Positions 50,815-61,296 are shown, counted from the stretch's first letter. The stretch is DNA of 64,000 bases from Butyrivibrio sp. (GCA_016291375.1 JAEEXE010000006.1:43588-107587); one strand, 5' to 3'. Notes: generated from the sequence alone by a model not told the origin. Made by a program: numbers and translations.

Positions 50815-53211
50815 TTACTTTCTTTTTCTTCTGCCTTTACCCTGAGCACTTCTTGCAGCCTTGCTGGTAGCAGACTTTTTGTATTTATGAACCTTGTAGA
50901 CCTTTCTGGTGGACTTAGCTTTTTCTTTTGTGTCTTTACCTGCCTTACCGGACTTCTTTGAGCTCGAAGCGCCCTTTACCGAAGCAGATCTAACGCTCTT
51001 TTTCTTTGAAGTCTTTGCCCCGGCCTTCTTGGCTTTCTTGGCCTTCTTAATAAGCTCATCTACCACTTCATTTATAAGATCTGTACTGTCATTATCTTCC
51101 TTAGCTTTTTCTGAAAGTATTCTGATCTTACGCGCCTTGTCTCCTGCAAGCTTCCTTGCCTTGGGAACATAGTCCTCCTCGTAGACGTAACTATCCTCGT
51201 CCTCGGGATCGTAATCCTCATCGACTAGTCTAAAATCAATAGTCTTGGATATTCTGTCAGCACCAACCACCTTGATCCGAACCTTCTGACCAAGAACATA
51301 TTCTTTGTGGTAGCGCTCGCCTACAAGCTTCATCTGAGCTTCGTCATATACATAAAAATCATCGGCCATGGATGCAGCAGCAACCATTCCCTCACAGGAA
51401 TTCTCAAGTTCTACAAAGAGTCCCCATGCTGTAACTCCGGACACAACTCCCTCATACACTTCGCCTACATGATTCTCCATGTACTGAGCTTTTTTGAGCT
51501 TATCCGTCTCACGCTCCGCCTCTTCAGCTCTTCTCTCTGTTTCTGAGGAATGCTTGGCAACTTCATCCAGAATCTCGCTGTAATGAAGCATCTTATCCTC
51601 ATTCATCCGGCCTCTTAGATGATCCTTGATGATTCTGTGTATCTGAAGATCCGGATATCTTCTTATGGGAGAAGTGAAATGACAATAATAGTCAAAAGCA
51701 AGTCCAAAATGCCCTGTACACTCAGTGCTGTACTTAGCCTGCATCATGCTGCGAAGAGTCATCCTGCTGATAACAGCTTCTTCCTTGGTTCCCTCTATAT
51801 TCTTAAGGAGCTTTTGAAGCTCTTTTGGCTTTACTCCTTCATCTCGTCTTGTCTTGATATGAAGTCCAAAGCTATTAACAAAAGCAGCTAATGTAGATAT
51901 CTTCTCAGGATCAGGCTGCTCATGTATACGATATACAAAGGGACTTTGAAGAAAGTAGAAATGCTCCGCAACGGTCTGATTTGCAGCAAGCATAAAGTCC
52001 TCTATAAGCTTGGTTGCAGTGTTTCTCTCATGAGGGACTATATCAATAGGATTCCCTTCAGCATCAAGAATGATCTTGGTCTCCGGGAAATCAAAATCAA
52101 TAGCGCCCTTCTTCTCTCTCTTTTTCCTAAGTATAGACGAAAGCTTTGCCATATCCTTGAACATCGGAACAAGACTCTCGTACTTGGCTATTTCATCAGG
52201 ATCCTCATCCTCCAGTATCTTGGCAACACTAGTATAAGACATCCTCTCATTTACATTTATAACCGTCTCAGCTATCTCGTGATCGATAACGCCGCCGTTC
52301 TTATCAATAGTCATAAGACAAGACAATGCAAGCCTGTCTTCACCATGATTAAGGGAACAGATGCCGTTGGAAAGTCTATGAGGAAGCATGGGAATAACTC
52401 TGTCCACAAGATATACGCTTGTACCGCGCTTAAGCGCTTCCCTATCGAGAGCAGACTTCTCCTGAACATAATTGCTAACGTCTGCAATATGAACGCCAAG
52501 ATGATATAGTCCTTCTTCATCAACAGTCAGGCTGACCGCATCATCAAGATCCTTGGCATCCTCTCCGTCTATAGTGACCATTGTTACATCTCTTAAATCC
52601 ATCCTGCCAAGCATATCGGCTTCACTAATGGTATCAGGGCATCTATTGGCCTGATTGATAACTCTCTCAGGAAATTCGGTGGGAATATCGTAGTTCTTTA
52701 CAATTGAAAGAATATCCACTCCCGGATCATTGATGTTGCCGATAACTTCCTTGACCTTACCTTCAGGCTTTTGTCTCTTCCTGGCATCGCCGTAATCAGT
52801 TATGGTAACAACAACCTTATCACCGGTTACAGCTGCCCCATGAAATTCAATAGGAATAAAGATATCGCTGTTAAACTTATCGCTATCGGGTATAACGAAT
52901 CCAAAATTCTTCTCCGCCTGATAAGTTCCAACAATCTCAGTTGTACCTCTTACGAGTATATTTCTGATGCGGCCTTCCTTACGTTTGCCACTCTGAACAG
53001 GAAGAATCTCAACTTCAACCGTATCGTTATGAAAAGCACCGTGAACATAGTCTTCAGGAATAAAGATATCATCCTCCATTCCTTCCACGCTCACAAAGCC
53101 AAAGCCTCTTGCATTAGAAATAAACTGACCGACCACATGGTCGTCAGCATGCTTATTACTATTGCCAAAAAGGCTTTCTTCAACTCTCTTAAGTCTTCTT
53201 CCTTTACTCAT
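50815..53211 (-). CDS. rnr: ribonuclease R
   Basis: TIDGEDAKDLDDA, HFTSPIRRYPD, S1 domain, Lys-rich tail. Confidence 0.96.
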   Translation of the reverse strand: MSKGRRLKRVEESLFGNSNKHADDHVVGQFISNARGFGFVSVEGMEDDIFIPEDYVHGAFHNDTVEVEILPVQSGKRKEGRIRNILVRGTTEIVGTYQAEKNFGFVIPDSDKFNSDIFIPIEFHGAAVTGDKVVVTITDYGDARKRQKPEGKVKEVIGNINDPGVDILSIVKNYDIPTEFPERVINQANRCPDTISEADMLGRMDLRDVTMVTIDGEDAKDLDDAVSLTVDEEGLYHLGVHIADVSNYVQEKSALDREALKRGTSVYLVDRVIPMLPHRLSNGICSLNHGEDRLALSCLMTIDKNGGVIDHEIAETVINVNERMSYTSVAKILEDEDPDEIAKYESLVPMFKDMAKLSSILRKKREKKGAIDFDFPETKIILDAEGNPIDIVPHERNTATKLIEDFMLAANQTVAEHFYFLQSPFVYRIHEQPDPEKISTLAAFVNSFGLHIKTRRDEGVKPKELQKLLKNIEGTKEEAVISRMTLRSMMQAKYSTECTGHFGLAFDYYCHFTSPIRRYPDLQIHRIIKDHLRGRMNEDKMLHYSEILDEVAKHSSETERRAEEAERETDKLKKAQYMENHVGEVYEGVVSGVTAWGLFVELENSCEGMVAAASMADDFYVYDEAQMKLVGERYHKEYVLGQKVRIKVVGADRISKTIDFRLVDEDYDPEDEDSYVYEEDYVPKARKLAGDKARKIRILSEKAKEDNDSTDLINEVVDELIKKAKKAKKAGAKTSKKKSVRSASVKGASSSKKSGKAGKDTKEKAKSTRKVYKVHKYKKSATSKAARSAQGKGRRKRK

Positions 53212-53279
53212 ATTCCCTCACAAAAAAATAAAGCGTTTACTCTTAATAAAAATCATTTCGCAGGATTTCCTATGATATG

Positions 53280-53315
53280 AAAAATAAGGCACTCTATCGC
53301 TATAATAGAGTGCCT
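53280..53315 (-). terminator. terminator after secG
   Basis: AGGCACTCTAT / ATAGAGTGCCT followed by TATTTTT. Confidence 0.75.
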
Positions 53316-53342
53316 CGCAATAATCATACAATAGATGTTCTA

Positions 53343-53585
53343 TCAGAACATGTGCATGTCAAGAACGATACTGATTACTATGAACGCAAAAGATAAAACA
53401 ATCGTAATAGTCTTGAGCATACCCTCTCTAGAACGACCTTTATTCTTGCCCCAATATGTATTCTCAACAGTTCCCTGTATAGCACCGAGTCCCTGGTTCT
53501 TGCCTTCCTGAAGAAGAACAAGCACTACAAGTGCAAAGCAAACTAATATAAAAATTACTCCAACTACATAACTTAAAGTACTCAC
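53343..53585 (-). CDS. secG: preprotein translocase SecG
   Basis: Two TMs, VLLQEGK..GLG; upstream of rnr; GTG start. Confidence 0.9.
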   Translation of the reverse strand: MSTLSYVVGVIFILVCFALVVLVLLQEGKNQGLGAIQGTVENTYWGKNKGRSREGMLKTITIVLSFAFIVISIVLDMHMF

Positions 53586-53689
53586 GAAATACATTCCTCC
53601 CGGTACATGTTGCTGATGTATAGTAATATTGCCGAGCCTAAAGCCTCTCCGGGCGCTCAGCTCAAAGCAAATATTACTTTATCATATTA

Positions 53690-55237
53690 TCACTTTTTAA
53701 TCAACAAAGACTTTCCTGTCATCTCTGAAGGCTGCTCCTCGCCCATGCACTCTATAAGTGTAGGGATGATATCCGCAAGACATCCACCCTCTCTGAGAGT
53801 GTAAGCAGGATCATAGTTAACAAGGATGAAAGGAACTGGGTTTGTTGTATGAGCTGTCCAAGGCTCACCTGTCTCATAATCGATCATCATATCAGCATTA
53901 CCGTGATCAGCACAGATAAACATTGTTCCGTTAACGCTCTTAACAGCGTCAACAACCTTGCCAACACACTCATCAACAGTCTCAATAGCCTTAACTGCTG
54001 CAGGAATAACACCTGTATGTCCTACCATATCAGGGTTAGCAAAGTTAGCTACGATAACATCGTACTTCTGAGAATTGATGGCATCAAGAATCTTCTCACA
54101 TACTTCAGGAGCACTCATCTGAGGCTTGAGGTCGTATGTAGGAACATCCTTGGGAGAGTTAACAAGAACTCTATCCTCTCCTTCATTGGGCTTCTCCACA
54201 CCACCGTTAAAGAAGAATGTTACATGAGCATACTTCTCTGTCTCAGCGATACGAGCCTGCTTAAGTCCCTTAGCAGCAAGCCACTCACCGAATGTGTTGT
54301 TAAGAAGAACCTTCTTGAAGGCAACTTCCTTATTGGGAATAAGAGGATCATAATCTGTGAAGCAAACATAAGTCACATCAAGTCTCTGTCCTCTGTTAAA
54401 CTTATCAAACTCATCATCGCAGAAGCAATGTGTGATCTCTCTTGCTCTGTCGGGACGGAAGTTAAAGAAGATGATTGAATCCTTATCCTTAACTGTAGCA
54501 ACAGGAGCGCCGTTCTTCATGATAACTGTAGGAACAACGAACTCATCTGTCTTGCCGTCCTTGTATGTCTGAACCATGCACTCGTGAGCGCTGTCAGCTT
54601 TATTGCCCTCACCTTTTGTAAGTGCATTGTAAGCATACTCAACACGGTCATAGTTATTATCTCTGTCCATAGCATAGTAACGACCGGAAATAGAAGCAAT
54701 CTGTCCTACACCAAGCTCTTTCATCTTATCCTCAAGCTGCTGAACGAAGTCGATACCACTTTCGGGAGGAGTATCTCTTCCATCAAGGAAACAGTGAACA
54801 TAAACCTTGGAAAGTCCGTTCTTCTTGGCAAGCTCAAGAAGTCCGTAAATATGTGTAATGTGGCTATGTACGCCTCCGTCTGAAACAAGTCCGTACATAT
54901 GAAGTGCTGAATCGTTGGCCTTGCAATTGTTGATTGCTGCCATAAGTCCCTCATTAGTAAAGAAATCTCCGTCTTCAATAGACTTGGTAATTCTAGTGAG
55001 TTCCTGATATACGATTCTGCCGGCACCCATGTTCATGTGTCCTACTTCGGAATTACCCATCTGTCCGTCAGGAAGACCTACAGCAAGTCCGCTGGCAAGT
55101 CCCTGCACAAAGGGATATTCCTTCATAAGTGAATCCATCACGGGTGTGTTCGCCATAGCAATGGCATTTCCCTCGGGATTGGGATTGATTCCGTATCCGT
55201 CAAGGATCAAAAGAAATGTTGGCTTTGAACCTCTCAT
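53690..55237 (-). CDS. gpmI: 2,3-BPG-independent phosphoglycerate mutase
   Basis: ILDGYG, MGNSEVGH, GRYYAMDRD, ETEKYAHVT, DMVGH, DHGN. Confidence 0.98.
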   Translation of the reverse strand: MRGSKPTFLLILDGYGINPNPEGNAIAMANTPVMDSLMKEYPFVQGLASGLAVGLPDGQMGNSEVGHMNMGAGRIVYQELTRITKSIEDGDFFTNEGLMAAINNCKANDSALHMYGLVSDGGVHSHITHIYGLLELAKKNGLSKVYVHCFLDGRDTPPESGIDFVQQLEDKMKELGVGQIASISGRYYAMDRDNNYDRVEYAYNALTKGEGNKADSAHECMVQTYKDGKTDEFVVPTVIMKNGAPVATVKDKDSIIFFNFRPDRAREITHCFCDDEFDKFNRGQRLDVTYVCFTDYDPLIPNKEVAFKKVLLNNTFGEWLAAKGLKQARIAETEKYAHVTFFFNGGVEKPNEGEDRVLVNSPKDVPTYDLKPQMSAPEVCEKILDAINSQKYDVIVANFANPDMVGHTGVIPAAVKAIETVDECVGKVVDAVKSVNGTMFICADHGNADMMIDYETGEPWTAHTTNPVPFILVNYDPAYTLREGGCLADIIPTLIECMGEEQPSEMTGKSLLIKK

Positions 55238-55342
55238 TTATATATCCTCCATTTTCTACGCATAAAGCGATTAAAAAACTATAATAGAATAAAATTATCC
55301 TTGGATAGTATAGCTCAAATAATGCCAACATGACAAGAAGGA

Positions 55343-56053
55343 TTATGCTTTGCTCTTGGAAAACCATTTAATGATGTGCGGAACTATTACCAAAGCAAAA
55401 AAAAGCAAATACAATAATAAATACAATATATATCCGCCCAGCAAAATATAATTTCCCATGCCAATTCCTTCGTTTTCATACAAATACATGAGAATATTTA
55501 CTGCTACTCGTCCGATCATGATAAAACCTATAACGCTCCCCACAAGAGCCAACGCGCTTTTTATAAGTGCTATTGTCATGCTCCTGCCATATTCTTTAGG
55601 AGATGCCTTACTTCTTTTATAATTAAAAAACAATGTGGCAGATATTCCGAAAATAATAGCAAGCCAAAAAGCTATTCCGGAAACAGTTGAAGCTGTTTTG
55701 ATATCATGAATACCAAATATTGTCTCAATGGCTCCATCAGACACAGAAGAAAACACCCCTCCTGCCATACCTATAAAGCCATATAAGACAATGATCGCAG
55801 CTCTTACCAATTTAAACTTAGAGTCCTTATTGTATTCGACATCTCCGATTTCTTTGTGATATAGGGCATATCCCTCAAGCGGCATCATGGCAAAAACAAG
55901 GACAAACATAACAACTGCGGGTGCGGTAAAATACGCGTATGTACTAAAGACAAAATCTACCATAAAAAATGTAGCTATAGCCATAAGTACGATTGAACAA
56001 ATGAAACATCCAATAGACCAAGGATGATCTTTAAATCGCTGTTTTATTTTCAT
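55343..56053 (-). CDS. hypothetical multi-pass membrane protein (paralog of the neighbour's N-half)
   Basis: About 6 TMs; shares motifs with 56135-57871. Confidence 0.75.
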   Translation of the reverse strand: MKIKQRFKDHPWSIGCFICSIVLMAIATFFMVDFVFSTYAYFTAPAVVMFVLVFAMMPLEGYALYHKEIGDVEYNKDSKFKLVRAAIIVLYGFIGMAGGVFSSVSDGAIETIFGIHDIKTASTVSGIAFWLAIIFGISATLFFNYKRSKASPKEYGRSMTIALIKSALALVGSVIGFIMIGRVAVNILMYLYENEGIGMGNYILLGGYILYLLLYLLFFALVIVPHIIKWFSKSKA

Positions 56054-56134
56054 GATTACTCTCCTTTTATTGCGCTAATTGTTATTAAATGTTTTGTTTT
56101 TTATAACATATTAGTTCAAAAAAGGCAAATCATA

Positions 56135-57871
56135 TTATTTTAGAACATATCCATCTAAGTTAAGCTCAGTTATCTTACCTTCTGCAGGATTACACTCCAT
56201 ACCAATGAAACTAATATATATCTTTCCTCCGTTGTTTAAGGATAAAGGCTCTTCAAGAACAGCTTTTTTATCAGAATCCGACACGCCGTCTTTCTCCATT
56301 TCGATGATTTTATTTAAGATATTTTTAATATTTACAGTATCTACAAGCTCATCATCGCTATAAAGCTCTATATCCTCGCCGGTAATCTCACCACACTCAG
56401 ATTCGTCAAGCCTTGCTCTTACTATATACAGGCAAGTATAATCGCCTGAGATATCAAACTTATCACACCCTGTTCTATCAACAGAGATATAGCCCTTTTC
56501 ATCTCCATAATCATAATTCGATGCCCCCGCTACAGTTTTAAGCTTGGAGATACTATCATTATCCATATTCATTTTTATATATCTTTCTCCGGCAGCACCG
56601 CAAGAATAATAAAGCGTATTATAAGCTTCATAGGCTTCTCTTATTGTTTTCTCGTCGGCGTCATCCGCATTTTGGATATAAGCAAGAAGCTTACCTTTAT
56701 GAGAATTTATAACGGATGCATACGCATTGATACCGGGCATTAAAAGTGCAATGAATACAATTGCCGCAACGATCAAAAGAACAACATGCATCGCAGCTTT
56801 CTTTTTTATCATATTGAAAAGATACAGCGCAAAGTATGCAATCTCGAATACAATAACTGCTATTCCGGCATATCTGTTAATAGTAAGCCCGTAGCCCTTT
56901 ATTCTTATAGCGAGACTAATGATCTGCAAAACGATAAAAGGGATAAACAAAAGAGGCATCATACCATAGAGCTTCTTAACGTTCTCATCACAGATTCCCT
57001 GCGCCATTGTCCAGATGAACACTCCAAAGGCAAACAGGGTTGTAAGTATTCCAAACACCTGGTTTGAAGGAATCTTGAGCGTAAAGATTATCTTAAAAAT
57101 GTAAATATAAATAATCAAAAAAGCTATTGCCAAAAGTCCCGTAAACACGTATCCCAGCATTATCTTACCAAATTTGGAAATATCTGGTTCAGTCTTGGAA
57201 AGGCCTGCAAGAGTGCATGGATATAAGATAAGCCCAAGAAGAATCGTATAAATAGTTGCCGCGATTCCATAATCCACTTTAGCCAAAAGAGTATCGATAG
57301 CTCCAATAATAAGCACTACTCCTATGCATATAACAAGATATACAAGAGCCGCTTTCATAACACCGCAAAAAGCTTTAGCAACATATGTCTCAAATGAGCA
57401 CCCACTCTTTTTATAAAAAAGGTATAAAGAAGCGCAGATTGCTGCTGTAACAAAAACTGCCGATATCCTATAGATATACTCGACATAATAATCCACCGTA
57501 ATTTGGTCCATTCCAAGAAACTTTGGAAGATCTTCTGAATAGCCAAATACAACTGTTGTCAAAAATCCAAGAACAGCACTCACTACCATAACCACAACAT
57601 TTATGGTCACATATTTTTTATTTCTAAAAGAATAGTTTTCATCTGTTTTTCTTTTGTATGCGCGATAAATCTCTAACGGAAGCACGCCCACCGCAAATAT
57701 CAGCAAAAAAATATGACTGCAAAGCCCTACTTTGGCAACATTTGAGTACATTTCAAAGCCAAAATCAAATATACCGCGAAGGATCATTGCTACAAGCACA
57801 CATACAACCGAAATCGGATGTTCTTTTACTATCTGAATAAAATTATTTTTAATCTTACTGATTCCTATCAT
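56135..57871 (-). CDS. DUF4153-like multi-pass membrane protein
   Basis: Many TMs; PSNQV and IRI..YGLT..RY motifs. Confidence 0.7.
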   Translation of the reverse strand: MIGISKIKNNFIQIVKEHPISVVCVLVAMILRGIFDFGFEMYSNVAKVGLCSHIFLLIFAVGVLPLEIYRAYKRKTDENYSFRNKKYVTINVVVMVVSAVLGFLTTVVFGYSEDLPKFLGMDQITVDYYVEYIYRISAVFVTAAICASLYLFYKKSGCSFETYVAKAFCGVMKAALVYLVICIGVVLIIGAIDTLLAKVDYGIAATIYTILLGLILYPCTLAGLSKTEPDISKFGKIMLGYVFTGLLAIAFLIIYIYIFKIIFTLKIPSNQVFGILTTLFAFGVFIWTMAQGICDENVKKLYGMMPLLFIPFIVLQIISLAIRIKGYGLTINRYAGIAVIVFEIAYFALYLFNMIKKKAAMHVVLLIVAAIVFIALLMPGINAYASVINSHKGKLLAYIQNADDADEKTIREAYEAYNTLYYSCGAAGERYIKMNMDNDSISKLKTVAGASNYDYGDEKGYISVDRTGCDKFDISGDYTCLYIVRARLDESECGEITGEDIELYSDDELVDTVNIKNILNKIIEMEKDGVSDSDKKAVLEEPLSLNNGGKIYISFIGMECNPAEGKITELNLDGYVLK

Positions 57872-57909
57872 TTTCTTTCCTCCAAATATAAGCTTTAAAC
57901 ATCTAACAA

Positions 57910-59082
57910 TCAGCCTAAATCCGCCTTATCTATGGTGATATCGCACTGAATCCCCGGCTCTATCCCATCGATATGGTCATAAAGATATTTTCTTATGTCC
58001 TCATCTTTTAAACTATACTTATACGGCACTTGAAGATCAAATGCAACTCTTTTTCTATCGCCCTTGGAATGGATAACCCTAAAATCATGGAAGCTTAAGT
58101 TCGGGTCAAGCTCAGCAACCACGTGCTTTATTCGTCTTTTTAAAGTCTCGGAAAATTCATCATTTCTGACAACAGGATCCATATGTATGACCACCATGCA
58201 GCCATATTTATTTCTGATGTCATTTTCTATATCATCCACAAGATCATGAACCGTGACTATATCCTCATCTCCGGGCACCTCCACATGGAGCGATACAAAG
58301 TTCCTACCGGGGCCATAGTTGTGAATAACTATATCATGAACCCCAAGAACACCATCGTACCCAAGTACAAACTCTTCTATCTCACTTACAAGCTCTTTAC
58401 TTGGCGTTTCTCCAAGAAGCGGACTTATTGTATTCTTTGCAGCTTCACAACCTGTTTTAATAATAAAAACACAAGCCAGAACGCCGATATATCCGTCAAG
58501 AATAATCCCCGTCTTATAAGAAATAAAAGAAGACAAAAGAACTATCCCCGTGGTCACAACATCGGAAATACTGTCCATAGCCGTATTTCTAAGTGCAGTG
58601 CTGGAAATTTTCTTAGAAGCTTCAAGATTACCTTGAAACATTATAAATTTGATAAATATGGAAAAAATAAGGATACCGGCAATCAACCGGCTAAATGTTG
58701 TTTCCTTCGGATGAATGATCTTTTCAAAGGAAGATTGCATGAGCTCTACACCCATAAGTATGATAAAAAGAGCCACTATAAGCCCCGCGATATACTCAAG
58801 GCGTCCGTGACCAAACGGATGCTCTTCATCAGCTTCCTGTCCCGAAAGCTTAAAACCTATTAATGTTACAATGCTGGATGCCGCATCAGACAAGTTATTG
58901 AATGCATCACCGGTTATAGAAATAGAACTACTGATAATGCCCGCAAAAAGCTTAGATGCAAATAAGATACAATTTAGAACGACACCCACAACGCCGCTTA
59001 GAATCCCGTATTTATTCCTAACCTCAAGATCCTCGATGTTGTTGTGATCCTTGATAAAAAATGTAGCCAAAAAAGATATCAT
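57910..59082 (-). CDS. cation diffusion facilitator transporter
   Basis: DAFNNLSD, HPFGHGRLEY, DSISD, HDIVIHNYG. Confidence 0.93.
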   Translation of the reverse strand: MISFLATFFIKDHNNIEDLEVRNKYGILSGVVGVVLNCILFASKLFAGIISSSISITGDAFNNLSDAASSIVTLIGFKLSGQEADEEHPFGHGRLEYIAGLIVALFIILMGVELMQSSFEKIIHPKETTFSRLIAGILIFSIFIKFIMFQGNLEASKKISSTALRNTAMDSISDVVTTGIVLLSSFISYKTGIILDGYIGVLACVFIIKTGCEAAKNTISPLLGETPSKELVSEIEEFVLGYDGVLGVHDIVIHNYGPGRNFVSLHVEVPGDEDIVTVHDLVDDIENDIRNKYGCMVVIHMDPVVRNDEFSETLKRRIKHVVAELDPNLSFHDFRVIHSKGDRKRVAFDLQVPYKYSLKDEDIRKYLYDHIDGIEPGIQCDITIDKADLG

Positions 59083-59113
59083 AAGTTGTGTGAGCTGCAG
59101 TCATACAACTTTA

Positions 59114-59782
59114 CTAATCCGCAAATTCCACACAGATAAGAAGAGTGCCCCTCTCGACCGACAGCTCTGCCTCCTCATCTTGAATAAACTCATTGCTCAC
59201 GCCAAGCGGGAAATCAGCTGTAAGCACGCCGTTATCAAGGGTATACATAAGCCCCTTTAAGGTAACGCCTTCTGACTTTTCTGATAATGAGAAAACAGAA
59301 ATATAACCTGTATTTCCCTTATTAAACTTAACGGTCTCATTCTCGGCAATCATGAGCATCCTGTCTCTGTCCATGATATACCCGGTACCGCCGTTATGTT
59401 TAATATACAATAAAGTCTGTATATTAGCAAAGCTGTGATCAAATCTGCCTCCGCCCAAAGCGCCGTACAAAAAGATCTTCTTATAGCCTTTCAAAAGAGC
59501 TATCTTCACAGCCTTCATTGTGTCAGTATCATCTTTTCTGACTTCCAGCTGCATCACCCTGTCGGGATCGCTTTCTCTGATCTCATCCAGAGTGCGCTGC
59601 GCATCAGGTCCCAGTTCACTAAGGGAATCAAAATCACCAACTATCAGATCCGGCAATATCCCCAGATCTCTTGCATACATAAATCCCGCATCACAGGCAA
59701 TGCAATAATCCCCTTCTTCAAGAGGTATATCTATCGGTGTGAAACTGCCTGCAGAAATAATTACGCAACGTGGTTCTCTCAT
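59114..59782 (-). CDS. thiN: thiamine pyrophosphokinase
   Basis: ACDAG, VGDFDS, KDDTD, GGRFDH, GVSNE. Confidence 0.93.
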   Translation of the reverse strand: MREPRCVIISAGSFTPIDIPLEEGDYCIACDAGFMYARDLGILPDLIVGDFDSLSELGPDAQRTLDEIRESDPDRVMQLEVRKDDTDTMKAVKIALLKGYKKIFLYGALGGGRFDHSFANIQTLLYIKHNGGTGYIMDRDRMLMIAENETVKFNKGNTGYISVFSLSEKSEGVTLKGLMYTLDNGVLTADFPLGVSNEFIQDEEAELSVERGTLLICVEFAD

Positions 59783-59794
59783 GTCTTCCCCCGA

Positions 59795-61189
59795 TCATGC
59801 TCTGATCCTGGATTCTATAGTGTCAATGTCCATCTCCCATTCATTGGGGCCGCCCCAGTCGCCAACAATTGTCTCATCAACAGTGCCATCCTGGCGCTCA
59901 ATGGTAGTATCCAATCTGTAATTCATCTTGGCAACCCTTGTGGAATTGCCGGAAGTAATGTAGCTATATAAATAAGTAACAGAATACTTGGTATGAGGAT
60001 ACATGTTGTCCTCTATAGAAGCAGGCTCATAGGAAATAGAATTCCTCTGAACCCCGTCATCCTCAAAGAAATTAGCCCATACAGTTATAACACCTGATGT
60101 TGTGGGATTCTCCTCAAAGCTAAGAAATCTATAGCTCCACTTTCCATCATGATTATTGAGAATAACAGCTTCTCTGCTGATAGGAACATATACAGTATTC
60201 TCCTGCGGAGTATACTGATTCTTTAAAAATACATCTCTAAGTTCCAAGTAATCATCGGACACAACAAAATCACGGAGTTCATCAACATTCCCAACGTCAA
60301 GCTGAGCAAAAATATCGGCAAATATCCCCTGTACTCTTATACTGTCATCAAGGCATGCTTCAAAAGATTCTATCTCCTCATCACTTCCCGTGATCGCAGC
60401 CGCATTTTCCATAAGTTCCTTATATGCAGGAACATCAGAAAGATTAAGGGTAAAAGAGCTACTCAAAGGGATCACATACTCTCTTATAACCTTCTTAAGC
60501 TCCTCTGAAGGAGACACCTTATATACAGCTATCATACGCTTAACTACTGAACTGTATTTTTCAAAAGAGCAATCAGATGCATTTCCTTCTTTATTCTTGG
60601 AAAATTCAGGTCTGAAAAGGACGTTGATATCACCTGCATATGAATCCTCAAAGCATCTCTTGTAAGCAGAATCGATAAGCTTTACAGCATCCATATTGTC
60701 ATTGTCTTCTTCAAGAACAGTAAGCATGGAATCGACCATCGTGATATCAGCAGCTTTATCATTCATCTTATCAACAGCCTCATTTAAGATAACTGCATGA
60801 TAATTATCAAGAAGCCCCTCATTATCGGTATTTCTCCAACCATCATACAATACCTTCTTGGCTGATTCCGGATCTTCTATGCTAAGATATGCCCCAGCCA
60901 TATTGGAATACGCCGTTACAGATTTGGAATCTATTTTAATAGCCTCATTGTATGAATCAATGGCAGCCTCATATTCCGCGTTCTGTGAATACTTATTCCC
61001 CTCAGCTATAGCTTTACTAACTTTAACTTTAGGAAGATTGGCATAAATCCCATAACCGGCAACAAGTAACACAACTAAAGAAAGAGCTATGATTCCAAAC
61101 CTCTTAAAATCAAATCTCTTTCTGCGTCTTCTTCTGCCTCTATATCTATTTGTACCTCTGTACGAGGATCTGTTCCTACCGTAACTCAA
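59795..61189 (-). CDS. membrane-anchored TPR protein
   Basis: Arg-rich N-terminus, TM helix, YEAAIDSYNEAIKIDSK TPR. Confidence 0.75.
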   Translation of the reverse strand: MSYGRNRSSYRGTNRYRGRRRRRKRFDFKRFGIIALSLVVLLVAGYGIYANLPKVKVSKAIAEGNKYSQNAEYEAAIDSYNEAIKIDSKSVTAYSNMAGAYLSIEDPESAKKVLYDGWRNTDNEGLLDNYHAVILNEAVDKMNDKAADITMVDSMLTVLEEDNDNMDAVKLIDSAYKRCFEDSYAGDINVLFRPEFSKNKEGNASDCSFEKYSSVVKRMIAVYKVSPSEELKKVIREYVIPLSSSFTLNLSDVPAYKELMENAAAITGSDEEIESFEACLDDSIRVQGIFADIFAQLDVGNVDELRDFVVSDDYLELRDVFLKNQYTPQENTVYVPISREAVILNNHDGKWSYRFLSFEENPTTSGVITVWANFFEDDGVQRNSISYEPASIEDNMYPHTKYSVTYLYSYITSGNSTRVAKMNYRLDTTIERQDGTVDETIVGDWGGPNEWEMDIDTIESRIRA

Positions 61190-61242
61190 ACTATCTATCC
61201 CTTATTACATATAATCTCAATCAACAAGCATAAATATATCAC

Positions 61243-61287
61243 AAAAAAATGCAACTTACTACGTTAAAATACACGTAAAAGTTGCAT
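61243..61287 (-). terminator. intrinsic terminator
   Basis: ATGCAACTT / AAGTTGCAT followed by a T-run. Confidence 0.7.
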
Positions 61288-61296
61288 AATCATCCG

